This document shows positions 1 to 10,675 of a stretch of DNA of 64,000 nucleotides, in pieces. The notes beneath the pieces were generated by a model, which was not told the DNA's origin, did not search any database, and saw only the letters and a list, made by a program, of their open reading frames with translations. Each line of letters starts with the position of its first letter. The first letter of the stretch is position 1. Source of the DNA: an uncultured Chloroflexia bacterium (GTDB lineage: Bacteria > Chloroflexota > UBA6077 > JACCZL01); assembly GCA_963765765.1 (NCBI GenBank), contig CAVXYC010000015.1, positions 32,001 through 96,000 on the forward strand. The letters run 5' to 3'. Both the position numbers and the translations under genes were made by a program.

Positions 1-140
1 TCTGGACATCGGGCCGCCGATTTCGCGGTGTACGGTCCCGAGCGTGGCGGCGTCTGGGGCTCCAGGCACAGGGACAGCGGACAAGCCCCCGGGCTACGAC
101 CATCGTCCGGTGGATCGTCCGCGCAATTCTGAATACTTCC
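1..140. repeat. Family A MITE/REPIN-like element, right part (cut by window edge)
   Basis: Shares CTGGACATCGGG..TCGCGGTGTA..GTCCCGAGC..CTCCAGGCAC..AAGCCCC..GCTACGAC with 2411-2595 and 55200-55405; ends CTGAATACTTCC. Confidence 0.8.
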
Positions 141-363
141 GCCCGCGATGCCGGATTGATTTGCGCATCGGTTAGAGGGTACCCTCGGCGCTGCCCGTGG
201 TGGCTTTTCTCGCTTATGGGCTCGTGCTTAACGTAGTCGGAAGCCGTTACGCTCGGTGCGGTCGGCTTGGACAGCGGATCTGGGGCGATATGAATCGGGC
301 CGATCTTCAACCACAGGCATCGGCAAATCTCCGCATCGAGATGATTGAAGAAAAAGGGTTGAC

Positions 364-1065
364 ATGAAGCTCTTCGTCGATAGCGCCAACCTCGAGGAGA
401 TCGAGTCCGCATTGAGTCGTGGGTTCGCCAGCGGTATCACGACGAACCCGTCCATCCTTTCTAAGGAAGAGCGACGGGATTTTGGCGAGCACATTCGCGA
501 CATCATCACGCTGCTGCGACGATACGATGCCGCCATTCCGCTCAGCGTCGAGGTGTTCACGGCCGATCCCGCGGAGATGCCGCGTCAGGCGCGCGCCTTT
601 CTCGATCAATTCGGTGACTATGAGCAGCTCTACATCAAGGTGCCGATTGGCTGGGACGAGCTGAAGGTCATTCATGAGATCGTACGGGCCGGTGGCAAGG
701 TCAACTGCACCTGCTGCATGTCCTACAACCAGGCGATGATGGCAGCCAATGCCGGCGCCTCATTCGTAAGCCTGTTCTGGGGACGCATACGCGATACGGG
801 ATACGACGCGGCTTCCGTGGTGCAACAGGTTCATCGAACCCTGCGCGAGTGGCAGTCCCCGGCAGAAATCATCGTAGGCAGTATTCGGCAGATGGTCGAT
901 GTCAACGAGGCGATCCAGGCGGGGGCGGACATCGTCACCGTTCCGGCGAAGTTCTTTCCTCAGATGTGCGTCCATCCGAAAACGGATGAGGCGGTGCAGC
1001 AGTTCGTTCGCGACTTTGCGGAGTGGAGCGCGCCCGTCGAAGCGTCAGCGCTATCGGCTCGCTAG
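364..1065 (+). CDS. tal: Transaldolase / fructose-6-phosphate aldolase family
   Basis: MKLFVDSA, GITTNPS, IKVP (Schiff-base Lys), GSIR, GADIVTVP. Confidence 0.85.
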   Translation: MKLFVDSANLEEIESALSRGFASGITTNPSILSKEERRDFGEHIRDIITLLRRYDAAIPLSVEVFTADPAEMPRQARAFLDQFGDYEQLYIKVPIGWDELKVIHEIVRAGGKVNCTCCMSYNQAMMAANAGASFVSLFWGRIRDTGYDAASVVQQVHRTLREWQSPAEIIVGSIRQMVDVNEAIQAGADIVTVPAKFFPQMCVHPKTDEAVQQFVRDFAEWSAPVEASALSAR

Positions 1066-1085
1066 TTAAAGAACAAGGGGATTCC

Positions 1086-1701
1086 ATGGAGTTTATTGCC
1101 CGCTATTTAGCGGAAGTGCGGGAAGTCACCGAGCGGATCGACCAATCAGCCGTCGCCAGACTCATTGACCTGCTCGTGGATGTTCGGCAGGGCGGCGGGC
1201 GGTTGTTCTTCCTCGGCGTTGGTGGAAGCGCCGGCAATGCTTCACACGCGGTGAATGATTTCCGCAAGATCGCCGGATTCGAGGCGTATTCCCCGCTGGA
1301 CAACGTGTCGGAGCTTACGGCGCGAATCAATGACGATGGTTGGGAAGGCGCCCTGTCGGCCTGGCTACGAGGCAGCCGACTCAACGAGCGCGACATGCTC
1401 ATGATTTTCTCAGTGGGCGGGGGAGATCTGGAGCACAACGTGAGTATGAACCTGGTGCGCGCGATGGAATACGCGAAGACAGTTGGAGCGCGAATCGGTG
1501 GCATTGTCGGTCGCGATGGCGGCTTCACCGCCCAGGTGGCGGACGCTTGCGTGATCATTCCCGTGGTGCATCCGGAGACGATCACGCCACACAGCGAGGC
1601 TTTTCAGGCCGTCGTCTGGCACATGCTGGTCTCGCACCCGAGGCTGATTGCAGTCCGCGATGAAGTGGGAGTCGATACCGGCAACTACACCGGCCCGATA
1701 G
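1086..1701 (+). CDS. gmhA: SIS-domain phosphoheptose isomerase-like protein (indel near 3' end)
   Basis: GVGGSAGNASHAVND, SELTARIND, SVGGG, HSEAFQ; alternative frame gives KWES...TAG at 1699-1701. Confidence 0.7.
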
Positions 1702-1717
1702 TTCCCGAGAACCTTGG

Positions 1718-1759
1718 GGTAGGGCTGAGAGGGTTCGAACCTCCGACACCTGAGTCCCG
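1718..1759 (-). pseudogene. 3' half of tRNA-Pro(CGG), att-like fragment
   Basis: Minus strand CGG-GA-CTCAG-GTGTC-GGAGG-TTCGAAC-CCTCT-CAGCCCT-A-CC with canonical spacing; no 5' half. Confidence 0.75.
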
Positions 1760-1801
1760 TTTGGGGTGCTCGGTGAACTAATCCGCGTTAGAGGCCTCCT
1801 A

Positions 1802-2329
1802 TTAGCTGCCGAATCCGGGTCCGGGCTTCTCGATGCGGTCCACTGTCTTATTCTCCAGCGAAGCTCCGGGGATCTCTTTGCCGTCGGGCGTCATGCGAGC
1901 ATGGCTCTTGAATCCGGTTGGCGATGCGCCCACGCGGAGCATGACGAGGTTCTCGTCACCCCGGGCCTGGAACCAGTAGTTTGCGCCCTTCGGAATCATT
2001 ACACCCTGATAGCGGGTGAGGCGCTTGGTGTTCTCATCCGTGTCGAGATGGAACTCGGCTTCGCCCTCGAGCACGACGAAGGTGTGATCCTCGTCCAGGT
2101 GAGCGTGCATCGCGTTCTCACCGCCCTCGGCATACACCTTGATGGTGACCGTCATGATGTCGGTACGCGAGCGCACATCGGTGGTGCGGCCCTGGAGCAG
2201 GTAGGGGGTGCAGATGTCGAACACTTCACTGCTGCTGGCGGTCTCTGCCACTGATCGGATACTGCCGTTAAGCTGCTCGTTCACCGCTACCGATGTGCCG
2301 TCGGGGCGCCTGTCGCTGACCTGAACCAT
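1802..2329 (-). CDS. Cupin domain protein
   Basis: ENAMHAHLDEDHTFVVLEG and IPKGANYWF cupin motifs; GGAGG RBS. Confidence 0.75.
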   Translation of the reverse strand: MVQVSDRRPDGTSVAVNEQLNGSIRSVAETASSSEVFDICTPYLLQGRTTDVRSRTDIMTVTIKVYAEGGENAMHAHLDEDHTFVVLEGEAEFHLDTDENTKRLTRYQGVMIPKGANYWFQARGDENLVMLRVGASPTGFKSHARMTPDGKEIPGASLENKTVDRIEKPGPGFGS

Positions 2330-2410
2330 TTCCCGCCTCCTGAAAAACTATGCGTCTATCCGGGCACGATAGTTTGTGAGGATCTTGACGTCAAGGAAGG
2401 CGCGAGTAAT

Positions 2411-2595
2411 GTAACTGTTCAGCGTTGCGGGACGATCCACTGGACGATGCCTGTAGCACGGGGGCTTGTCCCCGGTGCCTGGACATCGGGCTGACGCTAT
2501 CGCGGTGTACGTCCCGAGCTTCGCGGCTGCTGGCGCTCCAGGCACGGGGAAAGCCCCGTGCTACGACCATCGACCCCGCGACTCTTAACACTCAT
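2411..2595. repeat. Family A MITE/REPIN-like element
   Basis: Begins GTAACTGTTCAG; inner inverted GTAGCACGGGG(G)CTTGTCCCCG ... CACGGGGAAAGCCCCGTGCTAC. Confidence 0.8.
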
Positions 2596-2716
2596 CGAGT
2601 AATTCCCAAGCCTTGCGACACTTCGGTGGGCATGAGATTACGCAAGGCATAGCCTGTGCAGAGGCGATGCTCATCCAACTGGTGTGACGGGAAGGAGCCA
2701 GAGGATCGTGAGCTGC

Positions 2717-3457
2717 ATGAGGATCGGCACGTCAGGGTGGAGCTATCGCCATTGGCGAGGCACGTTTTATCCGCAGGGCATGGCTGTGTCGCGCTGGTTG
2801 GAGCATTACGCGCAGGTGTTCGACTGTGTTGAGGTGAACGGCTCCTTCTACAGATTGCCGAAGCGCTCGACATTCATTGACTGGGCCGCCCGAACACCTT
2901 CGGATTTCCGATTCGCCGTCAAGGGGAGCCGCTTCATCACGCACTACAAGCGGCTCCAAGAGCCCCGTGAGCATGTGGAGCGGTTTTTCGATGCGGCTAC
3001 GGGACTTGGCGAAAAGCTGGGGCCCGTGCTCTGGCAGCTTCCCCCGGACTTTGCCCGTGACGATCACGTCCTCGATGAATTTCTGGAGCACCTTCCGCGA
3101 TTCAGCTTGAATACGTTGGAGTTTCGGCACGAAAGCTGGCTGGTGGAGCCAGTCTTCGAAATGCTGCGGCGCCATGGAGTGTCGCTGTGCATTCCCCACC
3201 ATCCAAAGATGCCCATGGCGCCACTCCTGACGGTGCCCTGGACATATATTCGCTTTCACTACGGTCCGAGCTCTGATGGCGATTACCCAGATGATGCGCT
3301 GGGCCGCTGGGCCCGCTGGATTGAGGCGCTTCCCGAATCTAATCAACCGTCATGGGCCTTTTTCAACAACGACTGGCAGACGTATGCGCCAAGAAACGCT
3401 GTGACGCTTCGCAACCAGTTGCGTGCTAGTCAGGGTTTAAGGCTCGAGGCCGGCTGA
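2717..3457 (+). CDS. DUF72 (YecE-like) protein
   Basis: IGTSGWSY, VEVNGSFY, FAVKG, LWQLPP, EFRHESW, YIRFH, FNND. Confidence 0.9.
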   Translation: MRIGTSGWSYRHWRGTFYPQGMAVSRWLEHYAQVFDCVEVNGSFYRLPKRSTFIDWAARTPSDFRFAVKGSRFITHYKRLQEPREHVERFFDAATGLGEKLGPVLWQLPPDFARDDHVLDEFLEHLPRFSLNTLEFRHESWLVEPVFEMLRRHGVSLCIPHHPKMPMAPLLTVPWTYIRFHYGPSSDGDYPDDALGRWARWIEALPESNQPSWAFFNNDWQTYAPRNAVTLRNQLRASQGLRLEAG

Positions 3458-3485
3458 CGTCTCCTGGCAAAGACAGCGCCCAGTA

Positions 3486-3547
3486 TTGCGCGAAGCGCCT
3501 TGGAAAGCGGCGCTCCCGCACGCCGCACTCCAAGGCGCTTCGCGCAA
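3486..3547. repeat. Family C REP-like palindrome
   Basis: TTGCGCGAAGCGCCTTGGA / TCCAAGGCGCTTCGCGCAA perfect arms with GCCGCACTCCAAG core. Confidence 0.75.
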
Positions 3548-3640
3548 AGTGTTCATTGACCCATGGATCAATCTAGGAAACAATTGCCACCGTGAATCGA
3601 ACAACGACGCGTCGGTCGGGGCCGACGCGATGATGCGCGC

Positions 3641-5083
3641 GTGGCTGTAACCGGGGCTGGCTCTTCTAGCGAAGCCTCTTCTCCGGCGAAGAAGCCACCC
3701 GGTGGCCGTAAGCTCACTACCGGCAGCATTCCTCACAATCTGTGGTTCCTCGCCTGGCCCGCCACGCTTTCCGGATCACTCCACACGGTGGACCTGCTCA
3801 TGGAGATCGTGTGGGCCGGGTTTCTGGGCACGTCCTCCATTGGCGGGATCGGGGTGGCTCAGGGCTGGGTGCAGCTTTTCAACACCGCGCGTACAGGGTT
3901 GGATTCGGCCACTCGCGCCATGGTGTCACGCGCGATCGGCGCAGGCGATCACCGAGCGGCGAGTCATGCTGCCATGCAGGCCTTGTTACTCAATGGGGGG
4001 CTGGCGCTGATTATCCTTGTGATCGGCAGCGCCCTGGCGTATCCACTCTTGCGAGTCATCGGAGTATCCGATGCCATTGCCGAGGAAGGCGCCAGCTATC
4101 TGCGTTGGCGGTTTATCTCGACCACGACATTCGCGGTGCTGATGGTAACGATGTCGATTTTGCAGGCCGCCGGTGATCCGATTACGCCGATGAAGGCCAA
4201 TATGGTCGGTCGTGTCATTCATATGATCGTGTCGCCATTTTTGATCTTCGGGTGGGGAGTACCCGGTATGGGTATCGCTGGCTCCGCCGCCGGATTCACC
4301 ATTGCCCAGATCATCAGTGTGGCGATCACCGCTCACGCACTGTTCTCGCCATCGGCGCGATTCCAATTGTCGCTCAAGGGCGTTTCGGTAGATTTCCCGA
4401 TGATGTGGCGCATGCTGAAGATCGGGCTTCCCGCGTCCGTGACAAGCGGTGAGCGCTCGCTCGCGCAGCTATTGCTCATCGGCATCGTGGCGCCTTTTGG
4501 CGACGTGGCCATCGCGGCGTTTGCGCTGGTGCAGCGGCTTCAGTCATTCGTCAATCTCGGACTTGTCGGCCTCGCCCAGGCGGCCGGCGTGCTGTCCAGT
4601 CAAAATCTGGGGGCTCAGCGGCTGGATCGCGCTCGCGCCTCAGCGAACTGGGCGGTGATCTTTACCGTCGTGCTGTGCATCGTCTTTGGAATTCTCTTTT
4701 ACGCCGTACCAGAGCAGATTCTGCATCTGTTCACACGTGATGAAGCGCTGGTGGCAACGGGAGTCACCTGGCTGCGCATCATGGCCATCGGATTTCTCTT
4801 CATGGGCGTTGGCGACGTCTTCATGTACGTGCTCAACACCGCGGGCGACACAGTCTTGCCTATGATCGTCAGCTTGCTGAGCATCTGGGCGGTGCAGCAG
4901 CCGGCCGCGATCTTCCTATCCGGCCAGACGGTTGGCATGGAGATCTTCGGACAGCCACTTCCTGTCCTCACAGGTCTCGGCGATCAAGGCGTTGTCTGGG
5001 CCATGGTCGTTGCGCTTATCTTTCGCCTGTGCATTTACGCGCCGTACTTCTACCTGGCGCCCTGGTATCGGAAGAAGATCTGA
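3641..5083 (+). CDS. MATE family efflux transporter
   Basis: LTTGSI..LWFLAWP, VSRAIGAGD, AGDPITPM, SQNLGA; about 12 TM segments. Confidence 0.9.
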   Translation: MAVTGAGSSSEASSPAKKPPGGRKLTTGSIPHNLWFLAWPATLSGSLHTVDLLMEIVWAGFLGTSSIGGIGVAQGWVQLFNTARTGLDSATRAMVSRAIGAGDHRAASHAAMQALLLNGGLALIILVIGSALAYPLLRVIGVSDAIAEEGASYLRWRFISTTTFAVLMVTMSILQAAGDPITPMKANMVGRVIHMIVSPFLIFGWGVPGMGIAGSAAGFTIAQIISVAITAHALFSPSARFQLSLKGVSVDFPMMWRMLKIGLPASVTSGERSLAQLLLIGIVAPFGDVAIAAFALVQRLQSFVNLGLVGLAQAAGVLSSQNLGAQRLDRARASANWAVIFTVVLCIVFGILFYAVPEQILHLFTRDEALVATGVTWLRIMAIGFLFMGVGDVFMYVLNTAGDTVLPMIVSLLSIWAVQQPAAIFLSGQTVGMEIFGQPLPVLTGLGDQGVVWAMVVALIFRLCIYAPYFYLAPWYRKKI

Positions 5084-5126
5084 GTGTTGAGTGATCGCTC
5101 TAAAGCGCTTCGGGCCAATTTGAGGT

Positions 5127-5370
5127 TTACAACCACCCTGAGCGCCGGAACCCGATATAGAGCGCTGCACAGATGGCGGCCATCGCCCCAAGGATGGCCG
5201 GGTACCCGTACTCCCAGCGAAGCTCGGGCATGCCATCGAAGTTCATGCCGTACACGCCCGCGATCATGGTGGGAACCGCGATGATCGCCGCCCAGGTAGC
5301 CAGGCGTCGCTGCTGACGATTCTCCTGCGATGACGAAATCGCAAGCTGCCGCATCTCATCATTGATGGCT
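5127..5370 (-). pseudogene. corA: C-terminal fragment of CorA Mg/Co transporter
   Basis: PTMIAGVYGMNF..MPEL signature; no N-terminal domain upstream. Confidence 0.75.
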
Positions 5371-5493
5371 ACACGCACTCCAAAGGGCTGGTAGTGGCCA
5401 CCGCGCGAATCAGTATTGCTTGAATGCCCATGAGCAGCATCGCTACAAGTTAGCCTAGTACGAGCTACCCAGCTCATCCGTGGAGGTCTCGCC

Positions 5494-6715
5494 ATGTGGA
5501 GGCAAATCCGGCCAGGGCATCGATGGTCCATCGGGACGTTCGTCATCGTCGCGCTTCAGCTCCTTGCCTGTGCCCCGGCGGCGCAGCCCTCGGCTGCGCC
5601 GCCAACAGCCGCACCGTCCGCGGAAGCGGCAGCCGCCCCGCAGCCGGCAGCGAACCCCGGTGCGGCGGGAAGCGCCAAGGAGAGCTGGCAAACAGAATGG
5701 GACCGCACCGTGGCGGCGGCCAAGCAGGAGAAGCTCGTCGTTATCACCCAGCCGTCCTCATTGGAAAAAGAGGTCATCGGCGAGTTTCAGAAGGCGTTTC
5801 CTGATATCCCCGTGGAGCACACCGGTGCTCGACCCAGCGATATCTCCCCCAAGATCATCACGGAGCAGCAGAACGGTGTCTTCGCCTGGGATGTGATGCA
5901 GGGCCCCGGGAACAACATGAACAACGTGCTACTGCCGGGCAGGCGCATATCAGGACATCCAGCCGTATTTCCTGCGTCCGGATGTCATGGACGACTCCAA
6001 GTGGGGTGGCGGCGGGTTCGAAATGTACTCGTCACCCAAGGGGCGCTTTATCTTCAACGACTTTGTCCAGTACAGCAACACGTCCGCCATCTTCATAAAT
6101 CGAGACAAGATACCGGCGAGCGACCTCAATGACTTCGACGATCTGCTCAAGCCGCAGTTCAAGGGCATGTTTGTAGCCGACGACTGCACTGTGGCCGCGC
6201 ACGGGCTGACCACCGTCTGGGGAATGTACAACTCCAAGGGGGAGGACTTTGTGCGCCGGCTCCTGACGGAGCAAAAGCCGGTATTTCAGGACACGATCCG
6301 CGTTACCACCGAGTGGATTGCAACGGGGCGGTATCCGATTGCCATTGGGATGGATGTGCCGACGTTACTCGAGTTCCAGAAGAACGGCATCGGCATGAAC
6401 ATCGATCGGATCAAGGCCTATCAGGTGAGCGCCCGTGGCGTGGCAGTGTTTAAGAACGCGCCGCACCCCAACGCCGCTAAGGTCTACGTGAACTGGGCCT
6501 TGAGCCGCGAGGGCCAGTCGGCCTGGGTGAACTCGAGCCAGAAATGGAACCCGCCCGGATGGAACTCGCGCCGCCTCGATGTCGCCGCATCGGACCCAGA
6601 GAATCAGGTGGACTGGACGAAATTCAATGCCGCCACGGAGCCTGTTTGGGGGAGTGACAGCGGAATTCCGGTGTCTGAAAAGCTCATCGCGATGTGTAAG
6701 GAAGCCAAGGGCTAG
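5494..6715 (+). CDS. ABC-type extracellular solute-binding lipoprotein, Fe3+/thiamine-type (frameshift ~5940)
   Basis: LLAC lipobox, Pro/Ala linker, DLLKPQFKG, APHPNAAKVYVNW.LSREGQ. Confidence 0.8.
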
Positions 6716-6736
6716 GGCGGTGTCCAGCAGAGGGAC

Positions 6737-6784
6737 GACCCTATCCCAGCGGTCCCCGCGCACGGGGAGCGTTGGGATGGGGTC
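6737..6784. terminator. Hairpin between convergent genes
   Basis: GACCCTATCCCAGCG...CGTTGGGATGGGGTC; no U-tract. Confidence 0.45.
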
Positions 6785-6810
6785 TCTCGCTAGCTCCTGG
6801 CGCCAAAGGC

Positions 6811-7206
6811 CTACGTCACCTTGACGATCAGGTCGATCTCCACAAGCCCCCCGAGAGCCAGGCCGGTGACACCGACGGTGGTGCGCCCCGGCAATTTTCC
6901 GGGCTCGAAGTAACTCGCGTACACGGCGTTCATCTGCGCGTAATCGTCTTCGAAGTTGCGTAGGTACACACGAGCGAAGACGACCTGATCCAGCGCCGTT
7001 CCGGCACCGGCCAGCACCGTCTGAAGATTACGCATTACCTGATGCGTTTGCTCGACGATGCCGCCCTCGACGAGCCGGTCGCCGGATACCGTGCCGAGTT
7101 GGCCTGTTACGAAAAGGAAGTCGCCCGCGCGGACGGCGTGACTATACGCTGCAGTCGGCGGTGGAGGTGGCGCGCCGGACGCCATGAGGAATTCAAGCTC
7201 AGCCAT
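6811..7206 (-). CDS. RidA/YjgF family protein
   Basis: YSHAVRAGDFLFVTGQ, MNAVY, PGRT, LVEID. Confidence 0.9.
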   Translation of the reverse strand: MAELEFLMASGAPPPPPTAAYSHAVRAGDFLFVTGQLGTVSGDRLVEGGIVEQTHQVMRNLQTVLAGAGTALDQVVFARVYLRNFEDDYAQMNAVYASYFEPGKLPGRTTVGVTGLALGGLVEIDLIVKVT

Positions 7207-7419
7207 GAGCGGTATTCTAGGAGACTGGCTTGCACTTATCGGCAAAGTGGGATTCGGGATAAGTGGATGACCGACCCCTTCCAACTGCGTCAGGAAGGGG
7301 TGGGGTCATAGTTATCTGGAGGTTTAGGAGGGGCATGCGGCCACCATTTTTCTGTTCACGGCCCATCTCTGTCGCAGCGGGGGCGGCGGTGGAATCCTCC
7401 GCGCTACCTAATGAAAGCT

Positions 7420-8657
7420 CTACGTCGGCGTGTCCGCCTCGATTAATTTGTCCAGTCGCTCCATGACGGACTTCGGCAAGTGCAGATACTCAGTGATCAT
7501 CTGCTGGAGCCGATCGCCGGAAACGGGGATGACGTCGAGCTGTATCTGTTGGGCATCGGTCAAAAATAGCGGGTCGGCCATGGTTGCCGCGAACGCTGCT
7601 CGCAAGCCCTCGAGGGTCTTTTGGCTCCAGTTTCGGCGGCGCCATGAAGGGACGACCCCACTCGTTGGGCTGCGCAGTGAACGTCAAAAGCTGCTTGGCG
7701 TCCGCGTCTCGACTGGCGAAGAGCTCACTCGCCCGCGGCACTCCCGCCAGGAGCGGGTCGTCCAAGCGGTCACCAATGACCAGGACGGGCACCAGCGTGC
7801 CGTTCTGGATGTTCGCCAGCGCCGCGCGGCGTTGGCCGTCCCAACTGCTGACGATGGAGTCCACCTCGCCGCGCTCGATACCGAGCAGCCTGCCGGCTGT
7901 ACCCTCGTATCCAAAGACGCCCTTGATCTGCCACCCGAGCCCAGCATTGAGCAGGATCTGGTTGATGTGCGAGGCTCGAGCCGGGCGTGACCTGGGCGTT
8001 GGTCAGAGTCTTTGACTCGAGCTGCTTTATATTGGCGGGGGTGATACCCGTTCGCCTGTGGACCAGCAGACTATCGCCGAGTACCGTAGGGCTACCCAGC
8101 CAGCCGAATTGCTCGGCGTCGTAGCGAACGCCCTGCTCGGGGCCTTCGCCGCGGAGCTGGAAGGTCATGACGCCGTTATCGAACAACCCGATGGTGAGGC
8201 CATCGGGTTTGGCAGCGTAGATGAAGTTCGCGGCAATGCGGTCGCCGCCCCCCGGGATGTTCTGGACGATGACGTTTGGGTTACCTGGCAGGAAGCGACC
8301 GATGTGCCTTGCCACGACGCGGGCCGTGGAGTCAGTGCCTCCGCCCGGCGGCTGGCTCACGATGACCGTGAGCGTCTTACCTTCCCAGACGGGCGCCAGG
8401 CTTGCGTCCGCGGAGGCCGCTGGATTGGCCGCGGGTGCGGCTGCCGCTGGTGAGCTTGCGGGTTGCGGAGCTGGGGAAGCCGCGGAAGACGCGGCAGGTG
8501 AAGCTGCCGCGGGGGGCACGGCGGGTGCCGCGGACGCGGCCGGGGGCGGCTTGGGAGCCGCTGTTGTCGGACTGGCCGGCGCGGGCGCAGAGCACGCGCT
8601 ACCCATCACCAGAAGGCCTACTGATACCACCTCTAGCCATCGCTTACCGAGTCCCAT
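7420..8657 (-). CDS. Tripartite tricarboxylate transporter substrate-binding protein, Bug/TctC (frameshifted)
   Basis: PPGGGTD..AR, VQNIPGGG, AKPDGLT; GSAC lipobox; C-terminal half in other frames. Confidence 0.8.
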
Positions 8658-8903
8658 CGCTCCACCTTCCGGGTGAGCCTGGTGTTTCGCCAGGTCACCG
8701 AGCTGTGTTCCCGATGCCAGTGCATGCGCGTCCCGGGTATTCGTGACGACAAGAGCCGGATGGCTGGACGCGCGGGCGGGTCGATCCTCGGGCGGCGGAT
8801 CTTGCGGCCGATTATATTGCGTGTGGACTCGGCTGGATAGTGTGCTGAGGTTGCTATGATGCGCATGGCCTATTGAGCGCATGAATTTCAGCGGGAGTAG
8901 ATC

Positions 8904-10591
8904 ATGACCTATGACGTGCTGATTCGCGGCGGTCGAGTCATCGATGGCTCGGGCCTGCCCGGGTACCGAGCGGACGTTGGAATTCGTGATGGGAAGATCG
9001 TCGAGATCGGACGACTTTCAGGCGGCGCAGCTCAGAACGATCGATGCTGACGGCCTGGTCGTTTCTCCTGGCTTTATCGACCACCACACGCACATGGACG
9101 CGCAGCTTTTCTGGGACCCGTTTGCCACGTGCGAGCCCCAGAATGGCGTCACCACCGCCATCATGGGCAACTGCGCCCTCACCTTAGCGCCCGTGAAAGA
9201 CGGCGATGAGGATCCGCTGGTCAGCAGCTTCGTCCGTGTGGAGGCGATGCCGCGACCGGCGCTCTCAGGCTGGGATTCCGTGGGGCTGGCACAGCTTTGG
9301 TGAGTACCTGGATGTGTTGAATGGCCGTGTTGGCATCAACGTTGGTGGCCTGGTCGGCCACATCGCCGTGCGACAGAACGTCATGGGCGAAGAGTCAGTT
9401 GAGCGCGCGGCTACCGATGATGAGGTGAAACGCATGCAGGGCGTAGTGGCTGAGTCACTTCGCGGTGGCGCGCTGGGCCTCTCCACGAACCGGAATCAGC
9501 GTCACATGCGTGAGGATATGAAGCCGATCGCCAGCCGAATGGCAACGGACGAGGAGTTCTTCCAGCTCGCCGACGTCCTGGGCGAGATGAACTCCGGCAT
9601 TCTTCAGGTCAGCCTCGGTATTCACGTCGTGGGGCACATCCCGTGGTATCACCGGCTCGCTCAGAGAAGCGGTCGCGCCGTGGTCTGGCAGAGTGTGCGA
9701 CACCGGTGGAACGAGCCCCATCTATGGCGTGAGCAGCTCGATGCCGTGGCACACACGTTTGCAGACGGTCACCGCACCTACGGCATCACCGAGACGTCCT
9801 CGTCCGTGAGTCGCTTCACCCTCAAGAACATGCAAACGTTTGATGAGTTTCCCACCTGGAAGAGCGTCATGTTTCTGCCTGAAGTCACCCGTAGGGAGGC
9901 GCTACGCGAGCCCGAGACACGTGACCGAATGCGCGCCGAGCTGGCGGAGGACCGACAGACCTCGTTCCACAAGCGCTGGAACCTGGTCTTCGTCAAGAAG
10001 GTCGCGCAGGATGCGCACAAAGAGTATGTCGGGAAGGACATCGGCACCATAGCGGCGTTACGCGGACAGGACCCGCTGGACGCGTTTCTGGATCTGGCGC
10101 TGGAGGAGAATTTCGAGACGCTCTTTGAGACAAACACGGTCGGCGGTGACGAGGACGTCACGGGACAAATTCTGCGTAGCCCGCACGTCATCATCGGTCA
10201 GTCCGACGCGGGGGCGCATATCCAGTACCAGGCCGACTTTGGCTACGGGACGCGCCTGCTGGGCCACTGGGTGCGCGACCGCGGTGTCATGACGCTGGAG
10301 CAGGCGATCAACAAGCTCACCTCCGAGGTGGCCTGGATCTACGGTATCCATGACCGAGGCCTGGTGCGCCCTGGTTACGCCGCCGATCTCATCGTGTTCA
10401 ACCCCGAGACGGTAGGCCCCTGCGAGCCAGAATGGGCTGAAGACTTTCCGGCTCAGACACGACGCATGATCCAGACATCGGACGGCGTCCAATGCACGCT
10501 GGTCAATGGTCGAGTGGTCTACGAGGATAGCCGGCTGACGGGAGATATGGCGGGATCAGTCTTGCGTGGGTCCGCGTACGCGGGGGCGTAG
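8904..10591 (+). CDS. N-acyl-D-amino-acid deacylase family amidohydrolase (frameshifted)
   Basis: MTYDVLIRGG, PGFIDHHTHMD, GVTTAIMGNC, SDAGAH, RGL..GYAAD. Confidence 0.85.
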
Positions 10592-10623
10592 ACGGGTTCC
10601 CTTTCGCGATCTCCGCAGAGAAG

Positions 10624-10647
10624 GAAGGCTACCGTAAGGTAGCCTTC
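10624..10647. terminator. Hairpin between convergent amidohydrolases
   Basis: GAAGGCTACC-GTAA-GGTAGCCTTC perfect stem with GNRA loop. Confidence 0.6.
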
Positions 10648-10675
10648 TCAATTCCAGTAACCCGTGGCGCTTTAG

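Noticed and set aside
1775-1800. Integron attC site (GTTAGAG)
   Set aside because: No paired RYYYAAC or L boxes, no cassette array, no IntI.
1718-1801. Intact or intron-containing tRNA
   Set aside because: No D-arm or acceptor 5' strand, and no room for an intron before the cupin stop.
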